From the human T2T-CHM13v2.0 reference genome, Homo sapiens, in the NCBI RefSeq assembly GCF_009914755.1, contig NC_060941.1: 64,000 nt of DNA. One strand, written 5' to 3'. Under the pieces are notes generated by a model that worked only from the letters and a program-made list of their open reading frames with translations, had not been told where the DNA came from and made no database searches. This document shows, in pieces, positions 43,271 through 59,211 of this stretch. Position 1 is the first letter of the stretch, and every line of letters starts with the position of its first letter. Position numbers and translations under genes: made by a program.

Positions 43271-45004
43271 TCATGTTCCCGTCACCCTGCACCCACTGGG
43301 GTAAACCTATCAGTGTCTCCCATGACTTTTAGGGTGAGGACCAAAGCCCTCACTGCAGTCTACAGACCCTCGAGGATCTGCTGCCTGCCTGCCTACCCAG
43401 CAGAAGGCCAGAGCTTGCCCAACCTTCCTCCACCCTCTCTTACTTCCTCAAATACACCAGGTTCCCTCCCACTTCAGGGCCTTCTGCTAGTCCTGCCTGC
43501 AGCCTCTCACTTACTCCTCTCACCTCATTCATCCCTAGTGAGCTTAGCATTTGGCTTTTATTTCCCTTCTTCAGGGGAAGCTGCCCAGTCCTATTACAGC
43601 AAACCCTCAGCTTTTTGCTCCCATAGTTCCTATGCAGCTATTTATTCAGTAGCTGTCTCCACCGCTGAGCAATGCAGTCGAAAGGGATAGGATCTGTGTC
43701 TACTTTGTTCCTTGCAGTATCCTGGGACCCCAGCACAGAGCCTGGTTCATACAGGACTTAATGAATGAGTGAGTGAATGAATGAATGAGTGATCCTGCTG
43801 TATTACCAGACAGATCGTGGTAGGGGCAACAGTTGCTGTGGGGTTTTGGGAAGCTGTCTTTGCCTGGGAGGTGGGGAAGGCAGGGCAGAGCCTAAAGAAG
43901 CCTTGAAGGGAGAGTGTTGCTTCATGGGCAGGGAAAGGAAAATGACATTCCAGACTCAGCCCCTACACAAGTGTGAGGCAGACTCCCATGGTTGTCAGGT
44001 CAGAGTAGGGAGAGGCAGAGATAAGGCTGCGATTGTGGGTGAGCTCAGCCTGGGAGGAGCTCTGCATACCAAAATAAGGACTGAACCTTGTGTAGGTAGT
44101 GGGGGAACCTGGGAAAGTGTGTTAGGCAATCTTTCCCCACCCCCTTCCTCTTTCCACCTCTCCCCTGCTTTCCTTCCTCCTGGAGATAGGGAGCAAGGTC
44201 TCCAGGGGCCAGGCAGGTGCTTCTGGTTGGAAAGGCCGTGACCAGGACTTGTTGGGTCCATTTGACTCAACGGACCCCTTTCTTGGCCCTGTCCCCAGAT
44301 GTATAGGGCAGAGCTAGAGTTGTAGAAAAGGGAGACACACTCCTCAGGGCCACCACACTCACCCAGCAGGGGTCTGGGAGCCCCTGAAGCACCCGGGACC
44401 CCAGCCTCAAAGGTGGATGCTGGAGGGAGGATTTGAGGGAGCAGGCACCCATCAGTGAGAATGACGAGTTGACGGCACAGCTGACAAGTGTCTGGGGGTG
44501 TGCCACCTCCCTGCGCTGCTTCTGAGCTGTTTGCTTTGCCTTGGTACACTTGAGGGGTTGGAAGTCCTCAGCCTTCAGAGCTCCAGGTTTGAGGCACAGA
44601 CAGGTTCCATTTTGCCCAAAGCCAGGCAAAGGCTCCTCTCTCTGAGCAGAGGTTGCTGGGTCACAGGAGCTCAGGGTGGCACTGCACTCAGGATTCGCAG
44701 CTGCCTTGACGTCACCAGTGTCCCAGGTGAAGGCACAAACTCCTGGCCTGAGGTGAGGCTGAGGGAGACAAGAGCCCACCAGACTAGGCCAGCACTTCCC
44801 ATGGGCTTAGACCCCTGCTCTCCTGCCTCCTCTGATATTTCAAATCTTTCAGAATTTCAAAACCATAGGACCTATTGACTTCTAAGCTCCCCACCCTGCT
44901 CTTTGGGCTTAAATTGTGCTTTATCTCAACAGCATTCATTGAGTGCCAGCTCTGTGCAAAGCCCTGTGCTAATGTGCTAGGCTCTAGAGTCATAAAGATG
45001 AAAA

Positions 45005-45141
45005 TTTTTCTTTTTTTAAAATAGAGAATAGTCAGTCTCACTTTGTTGCCCAGGCTGGTCTCGAACTCCTGGCTTCAACTGATCCTCCCATATTGGCCTC
45101 CCAAATACTGGGATTATAGGTGTGAGGCACCTTGCCCAGCC
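45005..45141 (-). mobile_element. FLAM / Alu monomer within L2 fragment
   Basis: Single antisense monomer. Confidence 0.88.
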
Positions 45142-45273
45142 AATGAATACTTTATGATATGATCCCTGTTTTCAAGAGACTTACAGTCTAGTTAGGGAAA
45201 TGGACACAAACAGACCCTTTCAGAACAATGTAAAGACCTCAGAAGAGGTCAAATTCTATTGGAATCCATCTGC

Positions 45274-45566
45274 TTTTTTTTTTTTTTTTTTTTTTTTTTT
45301 TGAGATGGAGTCCCACTCTGTTACCCAGGCTGAAGTGCAGTGGCACCATCTCGGCTCACTTTAACCTCCACCTCTGGGTTCAAGTGATTCTCCTGCCTCA
45401 GCCTCCCCAGTAGCTGGGACTACAGGCGCGTGCCACCATGCCCAGCTAATTTTTGTATTTTTAGTAAAGAAAGGGTTTCACCATGTTGGCCAGGCTGGTC
45501 TCAAACTCCTGACCGTAAGTGATCTACCCGCCTCGGCCTCCCAAAGTGCTGGGATTACAGGTGTGA
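45274..45566 (-). mobile_element. AluS
   Basis: Antisense, T28 tail. Confidence 0.95.
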
Positions 45567-46117
45567 CTTTTTACTATCTGTAGGTAACTGCTATATATAA
45601 TGCATGATCTATAATGCCCGACCCAACATTTTGTCATCTTTGCAATACTTGATTTTATTTTTTTTCCTGTAATATTTTGGGGTTTGAGATTATTTCGTTT
45701 GGTTTGGCTACAAGGAAGCCTAGATGTGCTTCAGAGTCGCCTTGAAATTTCTTCTGCATTATCAACCAGCTCAATCTCCTCTGAATTAGACCTGCCTTCT
45801 CATCTGGGAAAGGCAGATCTTTAACAGGTGGCTGGAAGCTATTGAAGGAAGAAGCCAAGATGTGGTTTCTGAAGAGCAGGCAGGAGGGTCCCTGGCCATA
45901 AATATGTCCTTGATAAGGGCCTGAAATCCCATTCTTAGAATTTTATTTTTTTGAAGTTGCACGAGCACCTGGGAAGAATACCACCTTAAATCCTGACCAC
46001 TTATCCACTCCGGGAAGATTTGTTTATAGCCAAGAGTTCCCACGATGGGCCGAGGAAGAGCAGGGGGGCAGCCAGCTTTCCAGGCAGGCCCTAACATATT
46101 ATCCAGATTTTGAGGTT

Positions 46118-46320
46118 GTTTTAGTTATGTGTTTGTAACAAACCACCACAAAACATAATGGCTTAAAACAATGATTTATTGTTTCTCACAATGCTGTGCG
46201 TTGGCTAGTTCGACAGTTCTATTGGTCTCACCTGGGGTCACTCAGATGGCTACAGTCATTGTAGATTAACTGAACTTCATCAATGTGCAGTGGTCTCAAG
46301 GTTATGAGAAGGTGATCACA
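46118..46320. mobile_element. MLT1 LTR fragment
   Basis: gtaacaaaccaccacaaaacataatggcttaaaacaatgatttattgtttctcaca. Confidence 0.75.
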
Positions 46321-46337
46321 GAAGCAGGAAGACCCGT

Positions 46338-46415
46338 GATCGGGTGTGGTGGCTCACGCCTGTAATCTCAGCACTTTGGGAGGCCGAGGTGGGTGGATCA
46401 CTTGAGGTCAGGAGT
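46338..46415 (+). mobile_element. Alu 5' fragment
   Basis: gggtgtggtggctcacgcctgtaatc...aggtcaggagtt. Confidence 0.9.
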
Positions 46416-46960
46416 TTTCCACTTTCTTGTGCCCTTCTGCTTAAACAACCTTTGTGCTTCAGCAAAGTAAGCACAAGTCCAATAAAATGTAGCTTGAAAA
46501 CAAGTATCAACAAATTAATGAAAACAACACACAAAGGGCAGCCTTGTCTTGCCATGGGAGGAGAAGATGCTTGTTTTTAAGGAAAGGTCTTGTCATTTAG
46601 GATGAATATGAAAGGAGGGTCAGGGAGAAGAGCACCTGCAGACCAAGACAAATGGAGAATTGAAGGGAAAAAACCCTGTAAAACAAAAAGTGCTGGTGAT
46701 GCTGACTCCTGCCTCAGCTCAGAGCTGTGTTAAGGGCTGAATGGGACAAGCTGGAGCCCCAATGGGGAGATTTCTTTTTCAGGCCAGGCTGACCCATAGG
46801 GGCCATCACCCAATCACTTGGAAGTGAAACCAGTTTAGCCCAGCCTTCGTACTTTTCTTGAAGCAGTCTGTATTTTCTGCGTTACTTCTAGCTCCCTGGG
46901 TGTGTGTGACCTCTTCCTTGTCACACTGAAACCTCTTTGAGGGAGGTGTGGGGGAGGGGG

Positions 46961-47060
46961 GAGCGGAGCTTGCAGTGAGCCGAGATCGTGCCACTGCACT
47001 CCAGCCTGGGTGACAGAGTGAGACTGTGTCTCAAAATAATAATAATAAATAAAAAAAAAA
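46961..47060 (+). mobile_element. Alu 3' fragment (AluY-like)
   Basis: gcggagcttgcagtgagccgagatc...tctcaaaa. Confidence 0.9.
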
Positions 47061-48113
47061 ATTCAAAGCAACAAATATATTGCAAATGAGCTTTACTAGT
47101 TTTTTTGGGGAGGGGTGAACATGGAGAGTTGGGAGGAGGAAGGAAATAAAAAAATGAAAAGATGATCTGAATATATCCCTGCCTTAGAGAGCTTCCAGGT
47201 AAGTCCAAGAGACTGACTTCAACACAGACCTGGGCTAATTGCCCATTTCGCTCCTTGCCCTGGGGCCTATTGTTTTCCACAAATTGCGTCCCCACTTGAG
47301 ACTCAGTCTTCTCTCCCTCATCGCCGTGCAGTCATTTCAGCCCAGTTGCAGAACAGGAGAACATGAATGGAAAAAGGATTGAGTCCACACTGTGGTGGCT
47401 GCAAGAGGTGATTCAAGATCTAACATTCTGAGTAGTTTCCAGACAGTTGAGGACAGCCCAGGCTGGGGTCCAGAGGTGGGGATCAGGCAGGAGGAGCAGG
47501 AGCAGCCAGAAGGCAGGATCAGCCAAAGCCCTTGAAGAATGCCAAAGGGCAAACTGCAGAAAGCGAGTTCAGGTGTCAGATCCCAAAGGCGAGAGGAGGG
47601 CTGTAAGTGGGAGATGACCCAGGGGGCCCTGGAATGGAGTGGGAGCAGGTTGGGCCAGAAGTGGGAAAGCTATCACCCTCACTAGTGACTGGGAGAATTC
47701 CCAGAAGGACAGCAAAGGTGCCCACTGTGATGGCGTGGATGGGCTAGGTCAGCACAGGTGCTCAGGCCAGGACAGATACTTCGTCCCTGGCCACCCAGCC
47801 TTGGCCATGGTCCTCACAACCAAGCCCCACAAGGTAGCCCCAAGCCTGGGCAGAGGAGCCCTGGGCATGAATGCATCCTAAACTCTACCCATCAGCGCTG
47901 ATCCATGACAAAGTTTTTGTCCATCAGCTACAAACTGGAAACAACAACAACAACAAAACATAAGTGAGCTTTTAATAACGTTAATTTTTGTTTCTAGTTT
48001 AAATTCTGATATGATGGCTGTTTTACTTTTGGTGATAAGATGGCTTTTCTTTTATGAAGACATGGTGATGGGAGGTGATAGGGCTTTTTTTGGTTGTTTG
48101 AATTGCCTCACTA

Positions 48114-48771
<658 letters not shown>

Positions 48772-49789
48772 CAAAAAATTTTGATAAAGCATCAAATCCC
48801 AGTCTGGTCACCTCTGCTCTAAGAAACTAAGAAATCCTGTCCCTGAAACCCAGATCCTGGCTGCCAAAATAACACCATCATCCTTGCCATCAGCCACCAC
48901 AAGGGCACTTACAGGGCATGCACTTTGAGCCAAGCTCAATCTAAGCCTTTGCATGTGCTAATGAACTCCTTCCCTGTTTTGACCTCTTGCCCACTTACTG
49001 TCTGCCAGATTTCTGGATTTGGCCCTCCCAGCTCTGAGCTCTGACAGATCCCACTGAATACCAGTTCCAATGGCTCCCTTGCTACAGGTTTCTGCAGGTC
49101 GTATCATGAGATTAGTTGCTATCTTAAATGGAAGCTCATGAAAGTGCTTCTCCGCTAAGGTAGAAGGAAACTCCATTTCGAACTCTCTCTGTCACTGCTG
49201 CTAAATGTCCCTTTTCCCAATGCTGCTGGGAATCTGACCCATGGACTTCTACAAACCTTCAGCAAATATGTGTTCCCTGGACTCTGGCTGCCTACCTGGA
49301 GGCTGACTTTGCCTGGAACTTTGCAGGCACCTCTCCTTCAGAGCTCTCATACCTACTAACACCCAATTACATCCTTCATTCTTTCCTAGCTTTATCCAAA
49401 TGACAGTCAAGCTGCCTGGGGCTAAGGGGGATGATCTCTGAGTCCTGCATATAGATGGTGTATGAGATTTAAAGAAGGTGTGATTTTAAAAAAAGTGTGA
49501 TTTGAGGGACGCTATTTATTTTATTTTACATAAAAAAGAAGAACCAGGATGCTGAAAATGATGCTATTGATTATAAATAGGAAGAAAACGCTAGTCGGTT
49601 GAAATAGCCAGTATGGTCTTGGTCATTCATAAGGAAAGAATGGCCCCTGTCCTGGGAGCTGGCTTTAGAAGAACCCACTGTGGCAGAACTGGTCAAATCC
49701 TCCACCACCTAGTACCTATAGGCTTTCAATTTCCTGCCAATAAGGCACCAAGGTCTGCCTGAGACTTGACATCTAAAAAACTCCTAATT

Positions 49790-50086
<297 letters not shown>

Positions 50087-50105
50087 CATCAATAGCCCAC
50101 GATTA

Positions 50106-50280
50106 AGCCAGGCATGCTGGCCCATGCCTGTTGTCCCAGCTACTCAGGAGACTGAGGCAGGGTAATCCCTCGCGCCCAGGAGTTCAAGGCTGCAGTGCAC
50201 AATGATTATGCCTGTAAACAGCCCCGGCACTCCAGCCTGTGCAAATAGCAAGACCTCATCTCTAAAAAAATAAGATAAAA
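50106..50280 (+). mobile_element. Alu monomer (FRAM/FAM-like)
   Basis: Single diverged monomer. Confidence 0.85.
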
Positions 50281-50334
50281 GCCAAAATGCCCACTATCTG
50301 ACTCACCAAAAGGTGTGTATTTAAGGCGTTGTCT

Positions 50335-50567
50335 GCAGTGCCTGGCTGAACCTACTGAAGCCTGAGGAAAAAGGAAAAATCAATAATACAGGTTCTGTCT
50401 TCATTGAAAAGTTTGATATTTTGCGTCTCATGGATTTTTTGCACTAATTTGGATGTTGAAAATATTGCATTAAAATATTATTTATCTAGAGTATTGGGTG
50501 TTTTAGGCACTCCCTTAAATTTTGTGCCTAAGGTGAGTGCCTCACTCTCCTGGTCATAGTCCTGGCG
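50335..50567 (-). mobile_element. hAT-type MITE (MER96B-like)
   Basis: Terminal cccttaaattttgtgcctaaggtgagtgcctcactc...tagtcctggc; subfamily from recall. Confidence 0.5.
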
Positions 50568-51139
50568 CAGTGATGTCTACAAAGACTAATAAGATTTACC
50601 TGTTACCAAGCTCCTACTCTAATAAACATACTTAGCTCATTAGATTAGCTAGTTGATACCAGCCCGATCAGCTCACATAATTGCTTCCCTGGCCCTTGTT
50701 TATCCAGAAAGTAGAGTCCTGCCTCAAATTTCCTAGCCAGTGGTCATGTCTGTACTCTTTGCTGCCAAACCCTTTCCAGACCCTCATACTGACTGCCTGG
50801 TTGGGCCCCTACCGACACTGTCGACCCTCTGAACATTGTGCACAACCCTAGGAAGGAGCACTAGGTGCTGCCTAACTCTGGATCCCCGACACTAACTCCC
50901 TGGCCCAACTGGACTCTTTCTCATTTATCTGTGTCTGAGTCTCCTGGGCCTCATTCCACCCTCCCAGAAGTTCTTCCTTTACTGCTTGCCTCCTGGTCAG
51001 GTCTTCCCTGAAAAAATACCCCACCTGTGTGTGAATCTTTCTGGTTTCTGGGTCTCGTGCCTCCCCTAAGCAATGCAAACCTTGAGTCAAGTACTACGCT
51101 CTTGCCCCAGGCCTGGCATTGTTACGTTAATAACCATTG

Positions 51140-51360
51140 AGAGCATACCATGTGCCACTGACCCATGCTTTCCTTGTGTTAACCCACATGCACCTCATCG
51201 TAACCTTATGAGTAGATACTATTGTCATCTCCATTTTACAAATGAGCAAACCAAAGCCCAGAGAGGCAAAGTTATTTGCCCAAGGTCACACAGCTAAGAA
51301 GTGGCAGAAATGGGCTACAAACACAGTTTCTAGAGCCCAACTCTTAACTATCATGTTACC
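51140..51360 (-). mobile_element. MIR
   Basis: ccattttacaaatgagcaaaccaaagcccagagagg...tttgcccaaggtcacacagcta. Confidence 0.8.
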
Positions 51361-51804
51361 TAGCTTCTGCTTACAGTCTAAGAAGCCCTGCGTGGAAAGT
51401 TTGGAATCAGATGAGTCTCAAATTCAAATCCCAGATGTTCAGTTTATGAGCTTCATGGCTGTGGGGTGTCACTTTAGTTCTCCTGGTCTCAGCTCCCTCA
51501 TCTTGCATGGCTTTGTAAGAAGTGACATTAGGCCCTCAGTACACAGTAGACACAACCATCACCCCCAACCTTTCCTGCAGGATAACCCTAGCAACCACAA
51601 ACATGCTGTGAGCAGGGCCTAAGGCACTTAATTCCACACTCTGGAAATGTCAGTAACCGTTGAAAAGAATAAAGCCAGTTCTATTTGTAAAGCATTTTAC
51701 TGCCGATGGAGGAGGTGAAGTGCATGTTGCGTTTGAAGGTTTGCAGCATGAACTCTAGAGGTCAGCTACCGAAGCTGAAGCCTGGATTCCACAATCGTGT
51801 GTGA

Positions 51805-52151
<347 letters not shown>

Positions 52152-52207
52152 TGGGCAAGTTTCTTAAATTCCCTATAGCTTAGTTATCTCATCTTTAACC
52201 GAGGGAC

Positions 52208-52243
52208 AATAATAATAACAATAATAATAATAATAATAATAAT
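52208..52243. repeat. (AAT)n microsatellite
   Basis: Direct observation. Confidence 0.92.
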
Positions 52244-53476
52244 CATAGCACCTACCTTGCATAGGGTTGTTGCTGATTATAGAGTTAATACACATGTAAC
52301 ACCCTTAGAATAGTGCCCTGAACACACCGTGAGCTCTTCAAAGTGTAAACCGATTGGTCTCTAAGATAAGGGGAACTGGTATGTCACCACCATTTTGCAG
52401 TCCAGGAAACAAAGACACTGAGGGGTTGAAGGATTTGCTCAATAGCCCTCAGCTTTTGCAGAGTGGACCCCAAATTGAAATTCAGAACCTCTGGTTAGAG
52501 GGTTGCTGGCTCCTCCATTTCATCCAGGAGTTTCTTATTTCCATTTCTGACATGACTGCGATTGGCTCTGATTCCCAAGCCACGGGTTTCCAACCTTATT
52601 AATGCGCTCCTGCAAAAGCCAGGCTCCTCCTCACAGGCTCTGCTGCTGTTCGGAGCAGGCCCGGGCTGCTGTGTACCTCACAGCTCCCCGACAGAGTGCT
52701 GCACAATGACGACCTTCGGTGGGGCAGACATTCGCCTCCATCAGGCGCCTAATTATGCAAACCCTGAACATGAGACTGAAGAGGAGACTGGCCTGCCCAG
52801 GGACGATTGATGAGGCTGGCTGGTTTCATCTTCCCCATTGTGTAGGCCAGAGGCTTCATGATGGGAGCGGCTCAGCTGCGGGATCTCGGTTGCTTTGTTG
52901 CAGGCGCTGGGGCAACGAAGGGTGAACTGGGTTAATAAAATGTGCTGGTGACTCACTCCTAGGAAAGAACCTGTGATGGATCATTAAGCTGTCTCGGAAC
53001 TTATTTCAGGCCCACACCCGCAAGATGAACGCTCTCAATTTGTTTATTAGGTCTCCAACAATAGGCCACTGTTCTCCTTCCCCACAACTCAGTTACACAA
53101 TCTTTCCCCTCGTGTCTTTCAGCCACCTACTGAAAATCTGTCTGTGTGCCGAGCACGCGCTCCCCATCCCTCTACCAAATGCCTGGCTGGCGCGTCATCC
53201 CTGGCTTTGATGGGTACGTTCACTTCCCTAGCGCTGGCTTCCCCTAAGATGGGGGGACTTACCCTCCTGCCTGAGCCCTCATGCTGGCAGATTTGGTTCT
53301 TTCCATCTCCCTCTCCGCTGAAGTCTTCTCACCCTCACTGACTCCATGCTGGATCTAGACCTCTGAATGGTCCATCCTAGTGCCTGTCCTGGCTCTCCCA
53401 ATTCCCCTTTAATCCAAAGGTCTTGGGTTGATCCTTTTTAAAAAGAAATTATTTTATTCTTTAAAACTATATATAA

Positions 53477-53833
<357 letters not shown>

Positions 53834-53867
53834 TTATAATCTTGCCACTCAGAAATAATCTCTGTTA

Positions 53868-54183
<316 letters not shown>

Positions 54184-54814
54184 GCACGTTTTTAGGGTAT
54201 AATCTCTTGGACCTCCCCTCATTCCAGAATTTACCTCTGTGCCCATCTTTGCTGGGACACTTCTGATAGGTGCCCCCGTGGTGTACTGGAAGTATGCAAA
54301 TGCCACTTCAACTAGTTTTTTTCTTCTAAAGTCAGTAAGATAGGTACCCGGCAAATGTCACTTCTTAGTGAGCATCTACTGCAGGATAAGATGTATTTGC
54401 CAGCTTGCATGTGGATCTAGATTGTGGAATCACCTTCCTTGTGGCCTCTGCACATCTACAAATGAGAATGTCTTGCCTGCATTTTTGGAATAGCCTCCTT
54501 CTAGTTACGTGGCCTCCAGAGTGAGCAGAACAAGACGCTAACACATCGGATCACTCCTCCGATTGCAACCTTCCGTGGCTTTGCGTCCTGATTTGGGACA
54601 GACTCGGGCCACCCGCCTCCTGTGTCTCTTCAGGACGCGAGGCTTGTTTGCCTTTCCAGTTTCTTCGCTTGCCTCCTTACTGGGGGTGTTCATGCTGTAG
54701 CCTCATCAGACAATTTGCTCTTCCTAGAATGGGATGACTCTTTGCACCTAAGGATCGTTGTACGGGCTGCTCCAGCTGCCTGGAGTCAGTTTTCCTTCCC
54801 CGTTTCTTGTCTGA

Positions 54815-55431
<617 letters not shown>

Positions 55432-55905
55432 CTAGGGATTGTATTTTTTAACACTTTTTTTTCTTCAGCCAGTCACAAAAAATCTGGCCCACAATGCATA
55501 TTGAGTTCAAGAGGATTTTTTTTTAACTGACTAGAATAAAGGAATAAAAACTATACCTATAGCTGCTCAATGTTATTGTTGCTTCAGAGGTAAGCATTTT
55601 TATTAGATCCAGGTACAGAATAAATTTCAAAATTGACTCGGACAACAAGTTTGTACACACCTATGATCTTAATGCTTTACATTATGTAAATTACCTCATG
55701 TGAATTACTTAATTTAATCCCATCTCAACCTCACAACAGCCGCATGAGATGAGAGTAATTTTAAGTTATAGATTAGCCAGACTCAGGGATATATCAGGAT
55801 CTTACAAATAGCAAATAATAGGACCAGAATTTGAACCAAAATCAAAATTATGATCATTTTCTAAACCAAAATGATTAGGATTCAATTGTCTTTAAAGTTT
55901 TCTGG

Positions 55906-56198
55906 GGCCAGGCACAGTGGCTCACCCTGGGAGGCCGAGGCCGGTGGATCCCTTGAGCTCAGGAGTTCGAGATCAGCCTGAGCAGCATAGAGAGAGCCCC
56001 GCCTCTACAAAAATATACAAAAATTGGCCGTGTGTGGTGGCACAGACCTGTATTCTCAGCTACTTGGGGGACTGAGGTGGGAGGATCACTTGAGTTGGGG
56101 AGGCTGCAGTGAGCTGAGACTGAGCCACTGCCCTCCAGCCTGGGTGACAGAGTGAGACTCTGTCTCAAAAATAAATAGGTAAATAAATAAATAAATAA
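55906..56198 (+). mobile_element. AluJ
   Basis: Diverged with small deletions. Confidence 0.92.
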
Positions 56199-56317
56199 AG
56201 ATTTTTGGATGCAGAAATTTGTTTCCAAAAGCAATATCCCTAAACCTGGCCCCTTAGTCGCCTGGTTCCTCATAATTTAGCAGCTGAATAATCACGGGTT
56301 CACATCCTTCTCAAAGG

Positions 56318-56442
56318 GTACTGGGTGTGGTGGCACATTCCTATAATCGCAGCTACTCAGGAGGCTGAGACGGGATGATTGCTTGAGCCCAGGAGTTCGT
56401 GCCCAGCTGGGCAACACAGTAAGACCCTGTCTCTTAAAAAAA
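56318..56442 (+). mobile_element. Alu monomer (FLAM-like)
   Basis: Single monomer. Confidence 0.85.
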
Positions 56443-56724
56443 CGTAACTAGGGGACTTATGACCAAATCTTTTCCCTTCCTTCATCTCAACTATGATAAA
56501 CTTTCTCCAGTCATCTTTCCTCAACTGAACATTTTCTGCATAACTTGGAAAAGTGGTAGATTGTTACCCACAAACAAAGGACTGCTCATCCAGGTAGTAT
56601 ATGGGGTGCACTGATGTCTTGAAGATCTTAACAGAAGGACTCTGATACTGGATGTTCTTTATGTGTAGAAAAGTGCCTTGTTCTACTTAAAGTTCTCATT
56701 CACTCAAAAACATTTACAGAGGAG

Positions 56725-56930
56725 TTAATAATCACAGATAATAACAGTAGCTAACGTTTATTGAGGGCTTAGTATGTGAGAGGCACTGCTCTACCTGCTT
56801 TATGAATAGTAACTCATTTAATCCTCAACAACCCTCAGGCAGGAACTATTGTTAAGACAGTCTATAGATGAGCAAACTGAGACAGAGAAGGCAAGTAACT
56901 TGCCCAAGGCCACGGAGCCTATGGTATATT
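56725..56930 (-). mobile_element. MIR
   Basis: aactcatttaatcctc...agatgagcaaactgagacagagaaggcaagtaacttgcccaaggccac. Confidence 0.8.
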
Positions 56931-57097
56931 GCCTGTCCCTCCATGCACAGGGCTCTCAGCCAGCTTAGGGTAGATGACACAGGCCCCGCCCTCATGGAGC
57001 CTAATTGCTCATGTGAGAGAGACATGGAACAAGGAACTTCGGTACTTGGTGCTGGGGACACATACAAGGTGATAAGAGGTATAAGAAAGAAATGTTG

Positions 57098-57430
<333 letters not shown>

Positions 57431-57848
57431 TCAGAGGATCAGAGGGGGTGACATTTTAGCTGGATCCTAAAGGATAAGTAGGAGTTCAGTAGGCTGACAA
57501 GGGTGGGGTTTGTTGCACAGAGTAACCTTTGCGAAGAGGATAAAACATGTAAAATGTGGAGGTGGAAGAAGAGTAACTTACTTGAAGAACAGTGAGAATT
57601 TCTGAGTGATTGGCTCCCAGGGTCCACAGGGGAAGCAGCAGGAAGAAGCCTGGAAAAGTAGGTTGGGCCAAATCATGGAGGGGCTAAAGGAACTGTACAT
57701 TAGTTGGTGAGAAAGGAAGACTTACTGGAGATATTTAAACAGAGGAGCAGCATGATTACATTTGTGTTATACTTATGAGCAATGGGGAAGATGGACAGGT
57801 AGGTGAGAGTTTAAAAAGGAAACCAGAAAATCAATCAAAAGGCAGTTG

Positions 57849-58120
57849 GAGGCTCACACCTGTAATCCCAACACCTGGGAAGGCCAAGGCAGGAGGATCG
57901 CTGGGGTCCAGGAATTTGAGACCAGACTGGGCAACATAGTGAGACCCCATCTCTAAAAAAAAAAAGTTAACCTGGTATGGTGGTGCATGCCTGTGGTCCC
58001 AGCTACTCAGGAGGCTGAGATGGGAGGATCGCTTACGCCTGGGAGGTCGAGGTTACAGTGAGCCATGATCACACCAGTGAATTCCAGCCTGGGTGACAGA
58101 GCAAGAGCCTATCTCAAAAA

Positions 58121-58159
<39 letters not shown>

Positions 58160-58160
58160 A
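57849..58160 (+). mobile_element. AluJ with (TAAA)n tail
   Basis: Tail repeat 58117-58160. Confidence 0.93.
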
Positions 58161-58839
58161 AGACAGTTAGAATTAGCTAAGAAACACATAGTCCCCCAAG
58201 GAAGGAATTGGTGGGCAAAGTATTTTAAGAAGCAGAATCAATAAAACTCAGTGACCCTAAAGCTTCTCACCTGGGCCTGTGTGAATGGGGAGGACATTAA
58301 CCTTGGCAGGGAATAAAGGAGGAAGGGCTCATTTGTTCATCTATTTGTTCAACAGACACTTTGTCAGAGCACAGGAACCTGCCTCAGGTACTGGGGCTAC
58401 AGCGGCGATTCAGACACAGGCCTGCTCTCACAGAGCTCATAGCCTCATGGGCAAGGCAGACAAGTAAACACACTGATTACAAGGCAAAGTAGTGTGTGGG
58501 CCGCCCCCTGAGTCAGAGTCTGATGGTGACATCTTGACATCTCACCCTCGCTGGCATGGCCAGCCCTAGAGGCAGCACTGGTTCCTCTGGTCACTCTGCC
58601 ACCCCCTCACTGAAGAGGTCCACTCTGGCTTCCCCAGGGCACAGGGGAAGAGCCTGATGTGGACATTTGGTGACGGCAGAACTGGAGCCAGGGCACAGCT
58701 TCTATGAAGGCAGGGCAGAAACTGGGCCTCCCAGTGGGTGAGCCACGTCAGTGCCCATCTGGGAAATCCAAGAGCCAAATGCTGGTAGAACTGGATAGAA
58801 ACCCCTAATCAAGGCTGTGGGGGGAACAGAGCCAAGAGT

Positions 58840-59211
<372 letters not shown>

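Noticed and set aside
43789-44878. Cluster of 126-184 aa overlapping ORFs on both strands
   Set aside because: GC-richer unique DNA with no coherent frame, splice pattern or domain
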